From an uncultured virus (IMG/VR IMGVR_UViG_3300027805_000007) (lineage: Duplodnaviria; Heunggongvirae; Uroviricota; Caudoviricetes), in IMG/VR virus record IMGVR_UViG_3300027805_000007: a DNA stretch of 64,000 nucleotides; one strand, given 5' to 3'. Each line of letters starts with the position of its first letter. Position 1 is the stretch's first letter. A program made the translations under genes and the position numbers. Positions 52,816 to 62,673 of the stretch are shown in pieces. The notes beneath the pieces were generated by a model that ran no database searches, was not told the DNA's origin, and saw nothing but the letters and a program-made list of their open reading frames with translations.

Positions 52816-53745
52816 CTAGAAAGTAATACTGCCAGACGCAGTAAACGTGTATACATGATAGCCTGAACGAGACACCGAACTGTATGTTGGTGAACCTGTT
52901 GTAGCAGTTGCGGTTGAAAATGTTGATGGGTAAGCAATAATCACTACTCCTGAACCGCCAGCAGCACCAGCAGGTTGAGATGCACCTCCACCACCACCAG
53001 TATTAGCAGTTCCAGCAGAGCCAGAAACACCACCTGCTCCACCTCCACCAGAACCTCCACCAGAACCAAACCATTGAACCAATGGTTCAATTCCGTTTCC
53101 TCCTCCACCACCAGCACGAGTTACAGAAGTTCCAGTAATTGATGATGCAACACCTGCACCGCCACTACCTGCTCCACCACTTGATGAATTACCTCCTACA
53201 GCACCTGCGCCACCGCCACCTGCGCCAATCCATCTGCCTTGTCCAATTGCGTAGTATTGACCGCTACCACCGTTATTTCCTTGACCAGCCGTTCCAGTAC
53301 CAGCAACAGAAGCACCGCCACCACCGCCACCGCCACCTGAACCACCCTGACCAGTATTATTGTTTCCGTAAGCACCGCCTCCTCCACCAGTACTTGTTAT
53401 GGTGCTGAAAGCAGAGTTTCCTCCAGCACCACCATTACCTTTTGAAGTAACAGAACCTCCACCACCAACAGTAACGGTTATTGGGACACCAGCAGAAACA
53501 GCAAAACCAGACGCAGTTCTATATCCACCCGCTCCACCACCGCCACCTGCGGCTCCACCATTACCTTCGGCTCCTGCTCCTCCACCACCACCAGCAATAA
53601 CAAGATATTCAACAGTGGGTGTAGTTAAACTAGGCCAATTAATAGCCCCACGTTCACGTTGAGCATCACGGATAGCCCAAATACCAGATGCAGAGGAGGG
53701 ATTTACTGTTCCTTTTGGACCAATAATGCTTCCATTAGAGCGCAT
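52816..53745 (-). CDS. Glycine-rich adhesin/tail-fibre tip protein
   Basis: ASGIW; VEYLVIAGGGGG; YTFTASGSITF; paralog of 49629 gene. Confidence 0.8.
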   Translation of the reverse strand: MRSNGSIIGPKGTVNPSSASGIWAIRDAQRERGAINWPSLTTPTVEYLVIAGGGGGAGAEGNGGAAGGGGGAGGYRTASGFAVSAGVPITVTVGGGGSVTSKGNGGAGGNSAFSTITSTGGGGGAYGNNNTGQGGSGGGGGGGGASVAGTGTAGQGNNGGSGQYYAIGQGRWIGAGGGGAGAVGGNSSSGGAGSGGAGVASSITGTSVTRAGGGGGNGIEPLVQWFGSGGGSGGGGAGGVSGSAGTANTGGGGGASQPAGAAGGSGVVIIAYPSTFSTATATTGSPTYSSVSRSGYHVYTFTASGSITF

Positions 53746-54098
53746 TAACTAATTTCCTCGTAACTACATACTGCTTCAAGGTCAGAGTTAGCACTTGCGG
53801 TAAGGCGCAGTTCATCGCCTTCTTCTAAATAAATAGATTTACTAATAACATCAAGTGTTGCATCTGCTGGGACTGAGACAGTGTGGGCAATCTCATAGGA
53901 AACAGAAGAACGATGAAGGGCAACAGAAATTTCAGCCGCCGCCGCACCATCAACGTTGGCTATATACAAAGCATTGACTTTAAACACTTTGCCCGAAGCG
54001 GCAGAATTAGTCACAATAGCGGTAGCAGAGGTAGTCACCTGTTGTACTGCGGTCTTACCAATGATGGTTGTTACGTTAACAATATTAGGTGCCGCCAT
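53745..54098 (-). CDS. Fibre adaptor-like beta protein
   Basis: MAAPNIVNV..ANVDG..VPADATL..YLEEGD..SYEEIS. Confidence 0.7.
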   Translation of the reverse strand: MAAPNIVNVTTIIGKTAVQQVTTSATAIVTNSAASGKVFKVNALYIANVDGAAAAEISVALHRSSVSYEIAHTVSVPADATLDVISKSIYLEEGDELRLTASANSDLEAVCSYEEIS

Positions 54099-54101
54099 AA
54101 A

Positions 54102-54332
54102 CTATCCTCCAAAAACTATAGCCATAGCAATGGCTTTACCTGTAGATGCTTTACTGTTTACTTCAGTAGGGGTTGCAGTGGCATAAGCCAAAGAAGCCCA
54201 TGCCGTAGAACCATTTCCAACTTTCATTTTATTTGTGTCAGATTCAACGGCTAATTCACCAGCCGCAAGAATAGGGTTAGTTGCAGTCCACTCAGAAGCA
54301 GTACCTCTACGAATTTGAATTTGGTAATACAT
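54102..54332 (-). CDS. Short Mtd-N-like fibre protein ending KAIAMAIVFGG
   Basis: IQIRRGTASEWTATNPILAAGE..DT..KVGNG. Confidence 0.8.
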   Translation of the reverse strand: MYYQIQIRRGTASEWTATNPILAAGELAVESDTNKMKVGNGSTAWASLAYATATPTEVNSKASTGKAIAMAIVFGG

Positions 54333-54544
54333 CAGGTAACCGTTCCTGCGTCAACAGGCCCCATAACAAAGAATTGAAGTGTATTAGGTCTACCACCATC
54401 TAATGCAGTAGTACTTGGCTCAATAGTAATCTCTGTATTAGAGGTAACCAAAAGCCAAGCAGAACCATCATACCTCCATGTCTTACCACCAGAATTAAAT
54501 ATCTGATTAGTTGTAGGAGAATTGGGAAAATCTATAGCAGGCAT
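54332..54544 (-). CDS. Short fibre-segment protein
   Basis: [20 protein letters not shown], shared with the N-terminus of 54544 gene. Confidence 0.7.
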   Translation of the reverse strand: MPAIDFPNSPTTNQIFNSGGKTWRYDGSAWLLVTSNTEITIEPSTTALDGGRPNTLQFFVMGPVDAGTVT

Positions 54545-55680
54545 TATGCGATCACCAAACTTCCTGATGCTGTAAATGTACGAACTGTGTATGAACCAGA
54601 AGTTGTGGCGGTACCACCAGTAATGGTAAGACCAACACCGTCAGAGGTTAAATAACGAACTATAACAACGCCAGAACCACCAGCACCACCAGAAGGTGTT
54701 GCACCACCAAAACCTCCAGCGCCTCCGCCTCCGCCTCCTCTATTTGATGTTCCAGCAGTTCCAGCAGTTGCACCACTGCCACCAGCACCACCTCCACCTG
54801 AGCCACCAGCACCACCTGTTGAACTTCCAGTGCCGCCACCGCCACCAGCGTAAGTAACTGATGAACCAGTTATAGATGAAGATACACCGACACCGCCAGC
54901 GCCGCCAATAGAGTTGCCAGTTCTTGTTTCACCTACTGCTCCAGCACCGCCACCGCCAGCATAACTACCGCTTATGCTATTGCCACCAGCAAAACCTTGC
55001 GATGAAGTTCCTGCGCCACCCGTAGTGGTTATGTTGTTTGCACCACCACCTGAACCACCGATATTAGGTGTATTTAATCCCGCACCACGACCACCACCAG
55101 TTGAAGTTATAGAACCAAAAACACTATTTGAACCAACCGCATCAGAAGCACCACCACCACCAACGGTTACACCATACGTTCCAGATGTCAAAACCAACGG
55201 CGACTCTATGGTTCCACCGCCACCAGATGCTTCTCCAGCGACTGATGAGCGGTAACCACCAGCACCACCGCCACCACCGCTGTAAGTAGAACCATCTGTT
55301 TTTCCACCGCCACCGCCACCAGCAATAATGAGATATTCAACAGTTAAACCAGCAATGTGCTTGTACCCATTTGACCAAGCAGAACCTAACCATACCTTTA
55401 AAAGATTCGTGTCAGTTTCAAAAATCTGTTGTCCAGTAAACGGAGACCCTGGTTTAGTTGAAGACGTGCAAATAGTTACGCCCGACAGAGTGGAAGCAAG
55501 TTTTGCCTGGGTTACAGCGTTTTCAGCAATCTTGGCTGTAGTAACGCCCAAGTCTTGTATCTGGGCCGTAACAATCTTACCGCCAGTCATTTCCCATACA
55601 GAACCAGTCCATGTATAGGTACGGTTGTTTACTGTGTATTGATCGTTAACAGCAGGGGAAGCAGGGAAAGAGAATGCCAT
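54544..55680 (-). CDS. Glycine-rich adhesin/tail-fibre protein
   Basis: [28 protein letters not shown]; polyglycine; ends GSLVIA. Confidence 0.8.
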   Translation of the reverse strand: MAFSFPASPAVNDQYTVNNRTYTWTGSVWEMTGGKIVTAQIQDLGVTTAKIAENAVTQAKLASTLSGVTICTSSTKPGSPFTGQQIFETDTNLLKVWLGSAWSNGYKHIAGLTVEYLIIAGGGGGGKTDGSTYSGGGGGAGGYRSSVAGEASGGGGTIESPLVLTSGTYGVTVGGGGASDAVGSNSVFGSITSTGGGRGAGLNTPNIGGSGGGANNITTTGGAGTSSQGFAGGNSISGSYAGGGGAGAVGETRTGNSIGGAGGVGVSSSITGSSVTYAGGGGGTGSSTGGAGGSGGGGAGGSGATAGTAGTSNRGGGGGGAGGFGGATPSGGAGGSGVVIVRYLTSDGVGLTITGGTATTSGSYTVRTFTASGSLVIA

Positions 55681-55687
55681 TGACTAC

Positions 55688-56344
55688 CTACTTGGCATAC
55701 CCGTAAACAGAGATAGTGCCGCCAGTGATGGTTCCAGTTGAACAAGTCAATGTAAATGCCGTATATTGAGTTGCGTTATCCAAGAATCCAGCATAATCAA
55801 ATCTGTACCATGTTGTTGTAGAACCAGTTGCCTGCGCCCTAACTATTGTTCGCTTTGCAAGGTTGGGGGACTCTAGTTCTATGCGTGAAGATATGGCGTT
55901 TGAGGTCGCATAACCAACATCAAAAAATGTTGCCGTGTTTGTGTTTGTTGCTACAACACCAGCAGAACTATATTGTGCGTAGAAACCTGCATACGAGTAA
56001 CCAGTAGCAGTTGAACCCAGTGTTAGACGCAAGTTGATATTGGTTGAACCAACACCACCAGAAACAAGAATTAAATAGTTGTCGTAGGTGCTGCTAAATA
56101 CGTCTGCCACTTCAACGGTGGATACTGCGCTACCAATCGTTTGTGTTTTGATTAAGTCAAAGCCTACAGGGTTTGCCCGACTTGTTGACAGGAACACCCA
56201 ACCCGTACCGTTCCATACCAAAGTCTTATCCGTGTCAGTCTCATAGATAACTTGACCGTCATATGGTGAAGCAGGGCGAGTCGTAGACGTACAAACACCA
56301 GGTTGCATAATTGAAGATGAGCCGATAACAGAACTAAGAGGCAT
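55688..56344 (-). CDS. Fibre tip protein with a beta-sandwich C-domain
   Basis: VCTSTTRPASPYDGQVIYETDT; FSSTYDNY; GTISVYGY. Confidence 0.75.
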   Translation of the reverse strand: MPLSSVIGSSSIMQPGVCTSTTRPASPYDGQVIYETDTDKTLVWNGTGWVFLSTSRANPVGFDLIKTQTIGSAVSTVEVADVFSSTYDNYLILVSGGVGSTNINLRLTLGSTATGYSYAGFYAQYSSAGVVATNTNTATFFDVGYATSNAISSRIELESPNLAKRTIVRAQATGSTTTWYRFDYAGFLDNATQYTAFTLTCSTGTITGGTISVYGYAK

Positions 56345-57279
56345 TATGCAATTACCAAACTTCCTGAACTAGTAAACGTATGAACAGTATAAGAACCAGA
56401 TGTTGTTTTAGTCCCACCACTGATATTAAAAATTACTGCTTCTGCTGTCAAATAACGAACAATAACCACACCAGACGCACCAGCGTATGTAGTTGCACCC
56501 AATCCAGCACCATCACCACCGTTACCTGTGTTAGCAGTAACAGCAACCATTCCAGTCCAACTATCACCACCACCATCTCCACCTGTTGCGTAAGTAATAG
56601 ATGAACCAGTAATAGAGTTCACCAAACCAACACCACCAGCAGCAAAACTAGATGCACCGTTCGTTGATGCGGCTCCAGCGCCACCTGCACCACCACCGCC
56701 ACCTCCTGTAGCCGCACCACCGTATGCGGCTAAACCTGCACCACCAGCAAAACCTTGATTAGATACTCCTGTTCCTCCAGTGGTTGCGGAACCATACCCA
56801 GAACCACCACCACCAGAACCACCATTAGCACCCGAACCACCGCTATAGTTACCTGCACCACCTCCACCAGTAGAAGTGATTGTGTGGAATACAGAGTTAG
56901 TTCCAGAACCAGCAGTACCACCTGAAGCACCACCAGCACCTCCCGAACCAATAGTTACGGTGTACGTACCTGCACCCAAAACAAGTTGTGATTCTGCGGC
57001 AGTGTTTCCACCAGATGTACCCGTAGTCGTGCGGTAACCTCCAGCGCCTCCACCGCCTCCAACATCAAAACCACCTCCACCGCCTCCTGCTACTACAAGG
57101 TAGTCAAGAGCAACTAATGTGCTGTGTTTTATACCATTTGACCACGAACTACCTAACCATACCTTTTGCAAAAACGTATCAGTTTCAAAAATCATCATGC
57201 CAATGTATGGGTTGGCAGGACGATTAGTAGAAGTACATACTCCTGGGCGCATGCCTTTATCTGATGCTGAAATACTCAT
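56344..57279 (-). CDS. Glycine-rich adhesin/tail-fibre protein
   Basis: VCTSTNRP..IFETDT; polyglycine; ends GSLVIA. Confidence 0.8.
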   Translation of the reverse strand: MSISASDKGMRPGVCTSTNRPANPYIGMMIFETDTFLQKVWLGSSWSNGIKHSTLVALDYLVVAGGGGGGFDVGGGGGAGGYRTTTGTSGGNTAAESQLVLGAGTYTVTIGSGGAGGASGGTAGSGTNSVFHTITSTGGGGAGNYSGGSGANGGSGGGGSGYGSATTGGTGVSNQGFAGGAGLAAYGGAATGGGGGGAGGAGAASTNGASSFAAGGVGLVNSITGSSITYATGGDGGGDSWTGMVAVTANTGNGGDGAGLGATTYAGASGVVIVRYLTAEAVIFNISGGTKTTSGSYTVHTFTSSGSLVIA

Positions 57280-58253
57280 GCGATCACCAAACTACCAGAG
57301 GCTGTAAACGTGTGAATCGTGTATGTACCTGCTGTGGTTTTTGTTCCACCAGTAATTGTAAAACCAGTTGCATCGTTTGTTGTGTAACGACAAATTACAA
57401 CGCCAGAACCACCAGCCTGACCTGTTGTGCTTGTTGCACCGCCACCACCACCTGTGTTCGCTGTTCCAGCCGTACCGCTTGAACCACCATTACCGCCACC
57501 ACCCAAACCACCAGTACCAGGGGTTCTACCAGTTGAGTAGGCACCACCTCCACCACCACCTGCTCGGTATATTGCCGTTCCGTTTATTGATGATTGAACA
57601 CCAATACCACCATCACCAGATTTACCTGCGGCACAGTTGGCACCTACTGCTCCAGCACCGCCACCACCACCAGAGGTGTATTGCGTGTTGCCCGAACCAG
57701 TACCTCCAGCAAAACCTTGTCCTGCTGTTCCAGCCGCACCAGCAATGTAGTCACCACCACCACCAGAACCACCAATGTTCGGTGCTGTGTTACCAATACC
57801 ACCACCGCCACCACCTGTAGAAGTAATTGTATGAAAAACTGTATTTACTCCGTTAGTGCCTTTAGCGTCTGTCCCACCAGCACCACCAGCACCAATAGTC
57901 ACGGCATACGTTCCTATTGACAAACCTAAAACAGATTCAATAGTTCCACCGCCACCACTTATTTCTCCAATAACCGAACTTCTATAACCGCCAGCGCCAC
58001 CACCACCACCAGATGCACCTAAACTAGTGTTAGATGAAGCAGCGCCACCACCGCCAGCAATAACCAAGTACTCAATAGCAAGAGTTATTGAATGCTTAAA
58101 ACCGCTAGACCAACCAGTACCAAGCCAAGACCTAACAAGGTTGGTGTCGGTTTCAAAAATGGTTTGCCCTACAAAAGGTGAAGCAGGGCGTGAAGTACTA
58201 GTGCAAACACCTGTTCTAATAGAACCAAGACCATAAGCAGAACTAAGAGCCAT
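57276..58253 (-). CDS. Glycine-rich adhesin/tail-fibre protein
   Basis: VCTSTSRPASPFVGQTIFETDT; polyglycine; ends GSLVIA. Confidence 0.8.
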   Translation of the reverse strand: MALSSAYGLGSIRTGVCTSTSRPASPFVGQTIFETDTNLVRSWLGTGWSSGFKHSITLAIEYLVIAGGGGAASSNTSLGASGGGGGAGGYRSSVIGEISGGGGTIESVLGLSIGTYAVTIGAGGAGGTDAKGTNGVNTVFHTITSTGGGGGGIGNTAPNIGGSGGGGDYIAGAAGTAGQGFAGGTGSGNTQYTSGGGGGAGAVGANCAAGKSGDGGIGVQSSINGTAIYRAGGGGGGAYSTGRTPGTGGLGGGGNGGSSGTAGTANTGGGGGATSTTGQAGGSGVVICRYTTNDATGFTITGGTKTTAGTYTIHTFTASGSLVIA

Positions 58254-58591
58254 TAAGCGGTTTGCTTCTCCCAGCCAACGGCAGTTACCGTGACTTTAGC
58301 GGCGGTATCGGACAAACCTTGTAATGTCTCTCCTGCGTTTAAAACAATTGCTGTGTCAAAGACCATAAGATCGTTTGCGCCAATAGGTAGCGCAGACATG
58401 AGGCGGTTAGCCGCAGTGGCGGCTGAACCAATAGCCAACGTCACAGTACGGTCAATGGTGTCAGTGTTACAGATAATAATCTGTTTAATGATGTCGGCAT
58501 AACCAGTAGCGGCGGTAACAATCGTAGTTGTAGTTGTTCCTAATTGAACTGGGCCACCTAGTCGTGCTTCGTTTCTGTCTCCGATTGCCAT
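58253..58591 (-). CDS. Fibre adaptor-like beta protein
   Basis: IIKQIIICN..IVLNAGETL..GWE. Confidence 0.7.
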   Translation of the reverse strand: MAIGDRNEARLGGPVQLGTTTTTIVTAATGYADIIKQIIICNTDTIDRTVTLAIGSAATAANRLMSALPIGANDLMVFDTAIVLNAGETLQGLSDTAAKVTVTAVGWEKQTA

Positions 58592-59968
58592 TTACGCTCC
58601 TATAGCCATAGTTACTAGTGCTCCTTCAGATGAAGTATTTAAACCACCACCGCCTGCTGCAATTGTTGCCCATTTTACTCCATAGGTTGCGGCTGGGTCA
58701 ACGGTAAGAACTTGTCCTGTTGTTCCAACAGATAGTTTGGCGGCAGTGTTGTCGGCGCTACCAACAAACATGTCACCTTTAGCATCTAAAAGATTAAGTA
58801 AGTTGTTTACAGGTACAGCACCGACTTCTGTCCAAGCACTGCTGTAATAAATGTAAGTACCACCGTTAAGAGAATTAAACCAAACTTGTCCTGTTACGGG
58901 GCTGGATGGGGCGGTATCTGAAACAATCGCTGTAGGGGCAAGTCCACCAACTTCAACCCAGAATGAGTCATAGTAAACATAAGTACGAGTGGTATCTGAC
59001 TCAAACCACAAGTCACCTGTAGTTGGTGATGCTGGTGGCGTTTCAGAAACGGTAACACTTGCGCCACCTCCACCACTAGCAACTGAAGCCGCAGTCCATA
59101 GTGAGCCGTTGTATGTAAGAACATCCCCAACATTTGGTGATGGGATACTTACGTTGTGTAGTTCATCTAATTCGTACCCGTTTTGTGTAGCAACGTAAAC
59201 AATACCGTTGTTGGTTGCACGGACTACAACACCTATGAATACAAGATGGTCTGGGGCGGTTGGTTTGGTTTTGGTAAACGCACCGTTTTCTCCAAGCCAC
59301 AAAACATCACCAGCGGTATAACCAACAGACAAGTCAATGCCATCAACATAACCACGGGTAACAACTGGACCATCATTGCTTGCTGTAATATTTGCGCCGA
59401 CAAGACCAACGGTTTTAGAAGATGTAGCGTCAGAACTATTGTCTGCTCGTTTTACTGTGGCATGGTCACCAGTAGCGCCAAACAAATAAACAGCGGTACC
59501 AGTAGTAAGAGTTGTTGCTTCGGCATTACGAACATTAGAGACAACAGAAGAATAAGTGTTTACCCAGTTAGTTCCATCATATTCAAGGGTTTGAAATTCT
59601 TCTGGACTGGTAATAACAACATCAGTTAAACCGTCAAGGCTTGTGGCTCCACTAGGAGAAGTTGCGGCAACAAACTTAGTTCCATCAAACTTAAGAACTT
59701 GATCGGTTGTTGCACCCGTTGGGTCAATCTCAATACTGTCTACAAACAGAACAGGTGTTTTAAAAGTGTCATCTGTTTGTAGTACATCAGCAGATGCACG
59801 GTATAGGTTTACGTCACCAGCAGATGCGCCAGAACCCCAAGTAAGACGACCACCCGCTTCAACTTTTAAGCGGGAAAAGGTATCTTGGTCAACATAGACG
59901 GTGACAGCATCAGAACCAGCAGAAGCAAGTTGCTTAACAGTAATAGGTACTGTGAATTTCTGTGCCAC
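58592..59968 (-). CDS. Tail fibre protein
   Basis: LDGLTDV, YDGTNW, ELDELHNV, PxSPxTGxxWF repeats, DAKGD. Confidence 0.8.
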   Translation of the reverse strand: MAQKFTVPITVKQLASAGSDAVTVYVDQDTFSRLKVEAGGRLTWGSGASAGDVNLYRASADVLQTDDTFKTPVLFVDSIEIDPTGATTDQVLKFDGTKFVAATSPSGATSLDGLTDVVITSPEEFQTLEYDGTNWVNTYSSVVSNVRNAEATTLTTGTAVYLFGATGDHATVKRADNSSDATSSKTVGLVGANITASNDGPVVTRGYVDGIDLSVGYTAGDVLWLGENGAFTKTKPTAPDHLVFIGVVVRATNNGIVYVATQNGYELDELHNVSIPSPNVGDVLTYNGSLWTAASVASGGGGASVTVSETPPASPTTGDLWFESDTTRTYVYYDSFWVEVGGLAPTAIVSDTAPSSPVTGQVWFNSLNGGTYIYYSSAWTEVGAVPVNNLLNLLDAKGDMFVGSADNTAAKLSVGTTGQVLTVDPAATYGVKWATIAAGGGGLNTSSEGALVTMAIGA

Positions 59969-60016
59969 GACCTCAATCGCTTCCTATGTTGTGACCCCTC
60001 AAGGTCTATTTAATGG

Positions 60017-61315
60017 TTAACCTACGACAACGATGGTGTAATCGTTAGCGGAAATTGTTCCATAGAGTACTACAGAAAGCGTGTCTCCGTTAGAACGAGT
60101 TACATCACCAATTACCGTTGCGCCAGTTGCTACTTCGTAAATCTGTACGTTTACATCAGTTGTACCAAAGTTGTGAGTAACTGTGGTGGTTGAAACACCT
60201 GTAACGCTTGCGGCGCAACCTTGTTTTGCAATACGGGCAAGGGTTGAAGTTGAGGTTGTAACTGCACCAGCAGTCGTCTTAATACCCAGGTTTGTACGAG
60301 CACTTGCTGCGTCTGATGCACCAGTACCACCGTCTGCAACGGCAACGTCTGTACCATTCCAAACACCCGTGGTAATCGTGCCAAGGGTGGTGATGCTGGA
60401 TTGACCAACATAACTAGAGGAAATGTCTACAGCGTCTGCGCTAACCGAGATACGGTTTGTAGTACCAACAACATTGAGGGTGTTACCAGTCTTGGTGAGA
60501 CCGTCACCAGCAAAGATAGAACCAGCAACTGAGAACAAAGCCCATGTGAGACCCGTTACACCTACGTTGATGGTTCCGTTAGTTGTGAGAACCCAACCGC
60601 TGTCTGCGTTGAGTGTTCCTTCTTCTACGAAGGTAAACGCTCCAGGAGTTACTTCTGCGTTGGAGTCAAAGTCAGTTGCACGAACTGCGGCACCTGAAGC
60701 CTGAACAACGTAGATACCGTTCTCTGATGCGGTGCTCTGGTCTTTAACAAGAACACGATCACCAGCAACAAGTGTTACGTTGGTGTCAAGGGTGTCACCA
60801 GCCTCAAGGTCTGATGCAAGGTTGATTGGAGCAGTGGTTGCGGCACGTACCGAAGCCTTAACGTCAAGACCTGAACGAGCAGCGTCTACGTAAGACTTAG
60901 TTGCGGCATGGTCAGGGTCAGTTGGCGTACCAAACTTGGCTTGACCATTAGCGTCACGGAGAACAAGTTTGTTTGCAGTTGCTTCAGAAGTGGCGTCTGC
61001 CAACTTTGAGAAGTCTGAGGCTGAGAGGAGACCTGCACTTGCTGAGGTAGCAAGGTTTGGCGTAATGGTAATAGCACCATTAGATTCGTTGATAGTAAGG
61101 GCTGTTGACTGGGAACCAGCGGCGGTTACGCCAGTAATCATCTTTCGCCATGCAGAAGCGGTTATATCATAAACTTTAATTACACCTTCAGTGCTATTAA
61201 AGATCATGCGACCATCAAATAGGTTGGTATTAGGGTCGGTGCCTACTACTTCAAACGAACCATTAAGCAGTTGGTTCTGGTTGAGGTCAATATTAGTTAG
61301 AAACTTTTGAGCCAT
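60017..61315 (-). CDS. Tail fibre / structural protein
   Basis: AATKSYVD, GLDVKASVRAATT, GDRVLVKDQ..ENGIY, VADGGTGA..ARTNLG. Confidence 0.8.
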   Translation of the reverse strand: MAQKFLTNIDLNQNQLLNGSFEVVGTDPNTNLFDGRMIFNSTEGVIKVYDITASAWRKMITGVTAAGSQSTALTINESNGAITITPNLATSASAGLLSASDFSKLADATSEATANKLVLRDANGQAKFGTPTDPDHAATKSYVDAARSGLDVKASVRAATTAPINLASDLEAGDTLDTNVTLVAGDRVLVKDQSTASENGIYVVQASGAAVRATDFDSNAEVTPGAFTFVEEGTLNADSGWVLTTNGTINVGVTGLTWALFSVAGSIFAGDGLTKTGNTLNVVGTTNRISVSADAVDISSSYVGQSSITTLGTITTGVWNGTDVAVADGGTGASDAASARTNLGIKTTAGAVTTSTSTLARIAKQGCAASVTGVSTTTVTHNFGTTDVNVQIYEVATGATVIGDVTRSNGDTLSVVLYGTISANDYTIVVVG

Positions 61316-61324
61316 TAAGATTCC

Positions 61325-61756
61325 TTACGTGAGGTAGGCATAGCCTGAGAACGCTGATGAAAAGTTTACTACAACTTGTGTGGTTGACAGGTAGTTAATC
61401 TCCCCATAAACCACCGTTTTAGCACTATCAACAATTGTGACTGACGGGTAACCACCTAGTGCATGCGTTATTGTCCATGCTGTAGAAGCGGTCCCTTGTG
61501 TGTGCACATGGCGAACTGACGCTGGATAAACAAGGTTTAGTACTTGGTTTGGGGAAATACCAGTAATACTGGCGCTGGCTGTTTCAGCAACCGTAACTGT
61601 CCCAATAGTTAGGTTGTTGGCAGGACCAGCAACACCTGGATCATGTATTTCAATTGTCTGATCGGCAGGATCCGTGACAGTAGAAACTGTCTTCTTTTGT
61701 GTAACCGTAACGTATTTGTTCGGTTGCTTGGTTACCTCAACGGTTTTGGTGGTCAT
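61325..61756 (-). CDS. Structural protein
   Basis: HTQGTASTAWTITHALGGYPSV..FSGYAYL; ATGA overlap. Confidence 0.75.
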   Translation of the reverse strand: MTTKTVEVTKQPNKYVTVTQKKTVSTVTDPADQTIEIHDPGVAGPANNLTIGTVTVAETASASITGISPNQVLNLVYPASVRHVHTQGTASTAWTITHALGGYPSVTIVDSAKTVVYGEINYLSTTQVVVNFSSAFSGYAYLT

Positions 61757-62469
61757 GCGGGCGGTGCGGAGATAGCGGCTTCTACAACAACAGTTCCAGA
61801 TGCCAAACAATCCCAATCACCAGCCGAGTCCTGAACAAACAAATCAAAGTTGTAACTGCCCGAAGACACTGTGTTTTTGTCTGAAACATGCATTTCTAGT
61901 GTGGCACCCGATGCAGGAGCAAGATAACCACGGCGTTCTGCTGGGAGAGCAACAACGGTTGATTCCGATGGTGCGGACGAGTACCAGCGCAAGTCCAGCA
62001 CAGTTGTGCCTGCGGTGTCTTTTGCTTGCATGTAGGCGTTCTGAACCGTGAGGATGTCCCCATCGGCATCTTTCCATGTAAAGGTGCGACGGAAGTCCAC
62101 ACGTTGCTTGAAGCGGATTTCCATTGCCTGTGAGTCCTCCAGTGGTGTGATGTTGTCAAGAGCGGATACTACGATTGTACCTTTTGCAACGGGGCGCTGA
62201 ATGTCAGCAATAGTTGCAAAGACATCGTATTCCAACTCACCTAGTGGAAGGTCCTGGGTCTCTTCGCCCGACAAGGACAACATGATGCCCTGTTCAGACG
62301 TGATCTCAACAGTTATTTCTTTTTTAGCCAACCCAACGGTTTGGATAAACGACCGAGCCTCAGTTGGTTTTAGCAGTCTGTGGGTACGGCGATCTTTAAC
62401 AATGATCAGGCGCTCCCATGGAAGCCCACGAGTAATGGAGTAATTGACGGTGTGGGCTGCGTGTGCCAT
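61753..62469 (-). CDS. Structural protein with two tandem BppU-like beta domains
   Basis: Repeated ..YDVF..G.I and ..FDLF..GTV pattern; leaderless promoter. Confidence 0.65.
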   Translation of the reverse strand: MAHAAHTVNYSITRGLPWERLIIVKDRRTHRLLKPTEARSFIQTVGLAKKEITVEITSEQGIMLSLSGEETQDLPLGELEYDVFATIADIQRPVAKGTIVVSALDNITPLEDSQAMEIRFKQRVDFRRTFTWKDADGDILTVQNAYMQAKDTAGTTVLDLRWYSSAPSESTVVALPAERRGYLAPASGATLEMHVSDKNTVSSGSYNFDLFVQDSAGDWDCLASGTVVVEAAISAPPA

Positions 62470-62478
62470 GCTCTAAGT

Positions 62479-62652
62479 TTACTCTACAGAATCGTCGCCT
62501 TTTAGCAAGGCTCCAACAAGGTGGATGCCCAATGAGGCAATCGTAATCCAGATACCCCACTTCAACGTCTGACCGCTTAAGGTAATCAGGACCATGCCCG
62601 TACCACCAAGAGTCCACGCCAAGGCATGCAGTTCATCAATAAGTTTCTTCAC
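62479..62652 (-). CDS. 57-aa two-TM membrane protein (MKKLIDELHALAWTLGGTGMVLITLSG...), absent from the ORF track
   Basis: GTG with AGGAG RBS; two hydrophobic segments. Confidence 0.75.
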   Translation of the reverse strand: MKKLIDELHALAWTLGGTGMVLITLSGQTLKWGIWITIASLGIHLVGALLKGDDSVE

Positions 62653-62673
62653 AGGTCTCCTAGAGAATCAGAT

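Noticed and set aside
49629..59968. Diversity-generating retroelement or invertible shufflon (Mtd-N-like domains present)
   Set aside because: No reverse transcriptase, no adenine-specific TR/VR pair, no invertase, and all cassettes share one orientation
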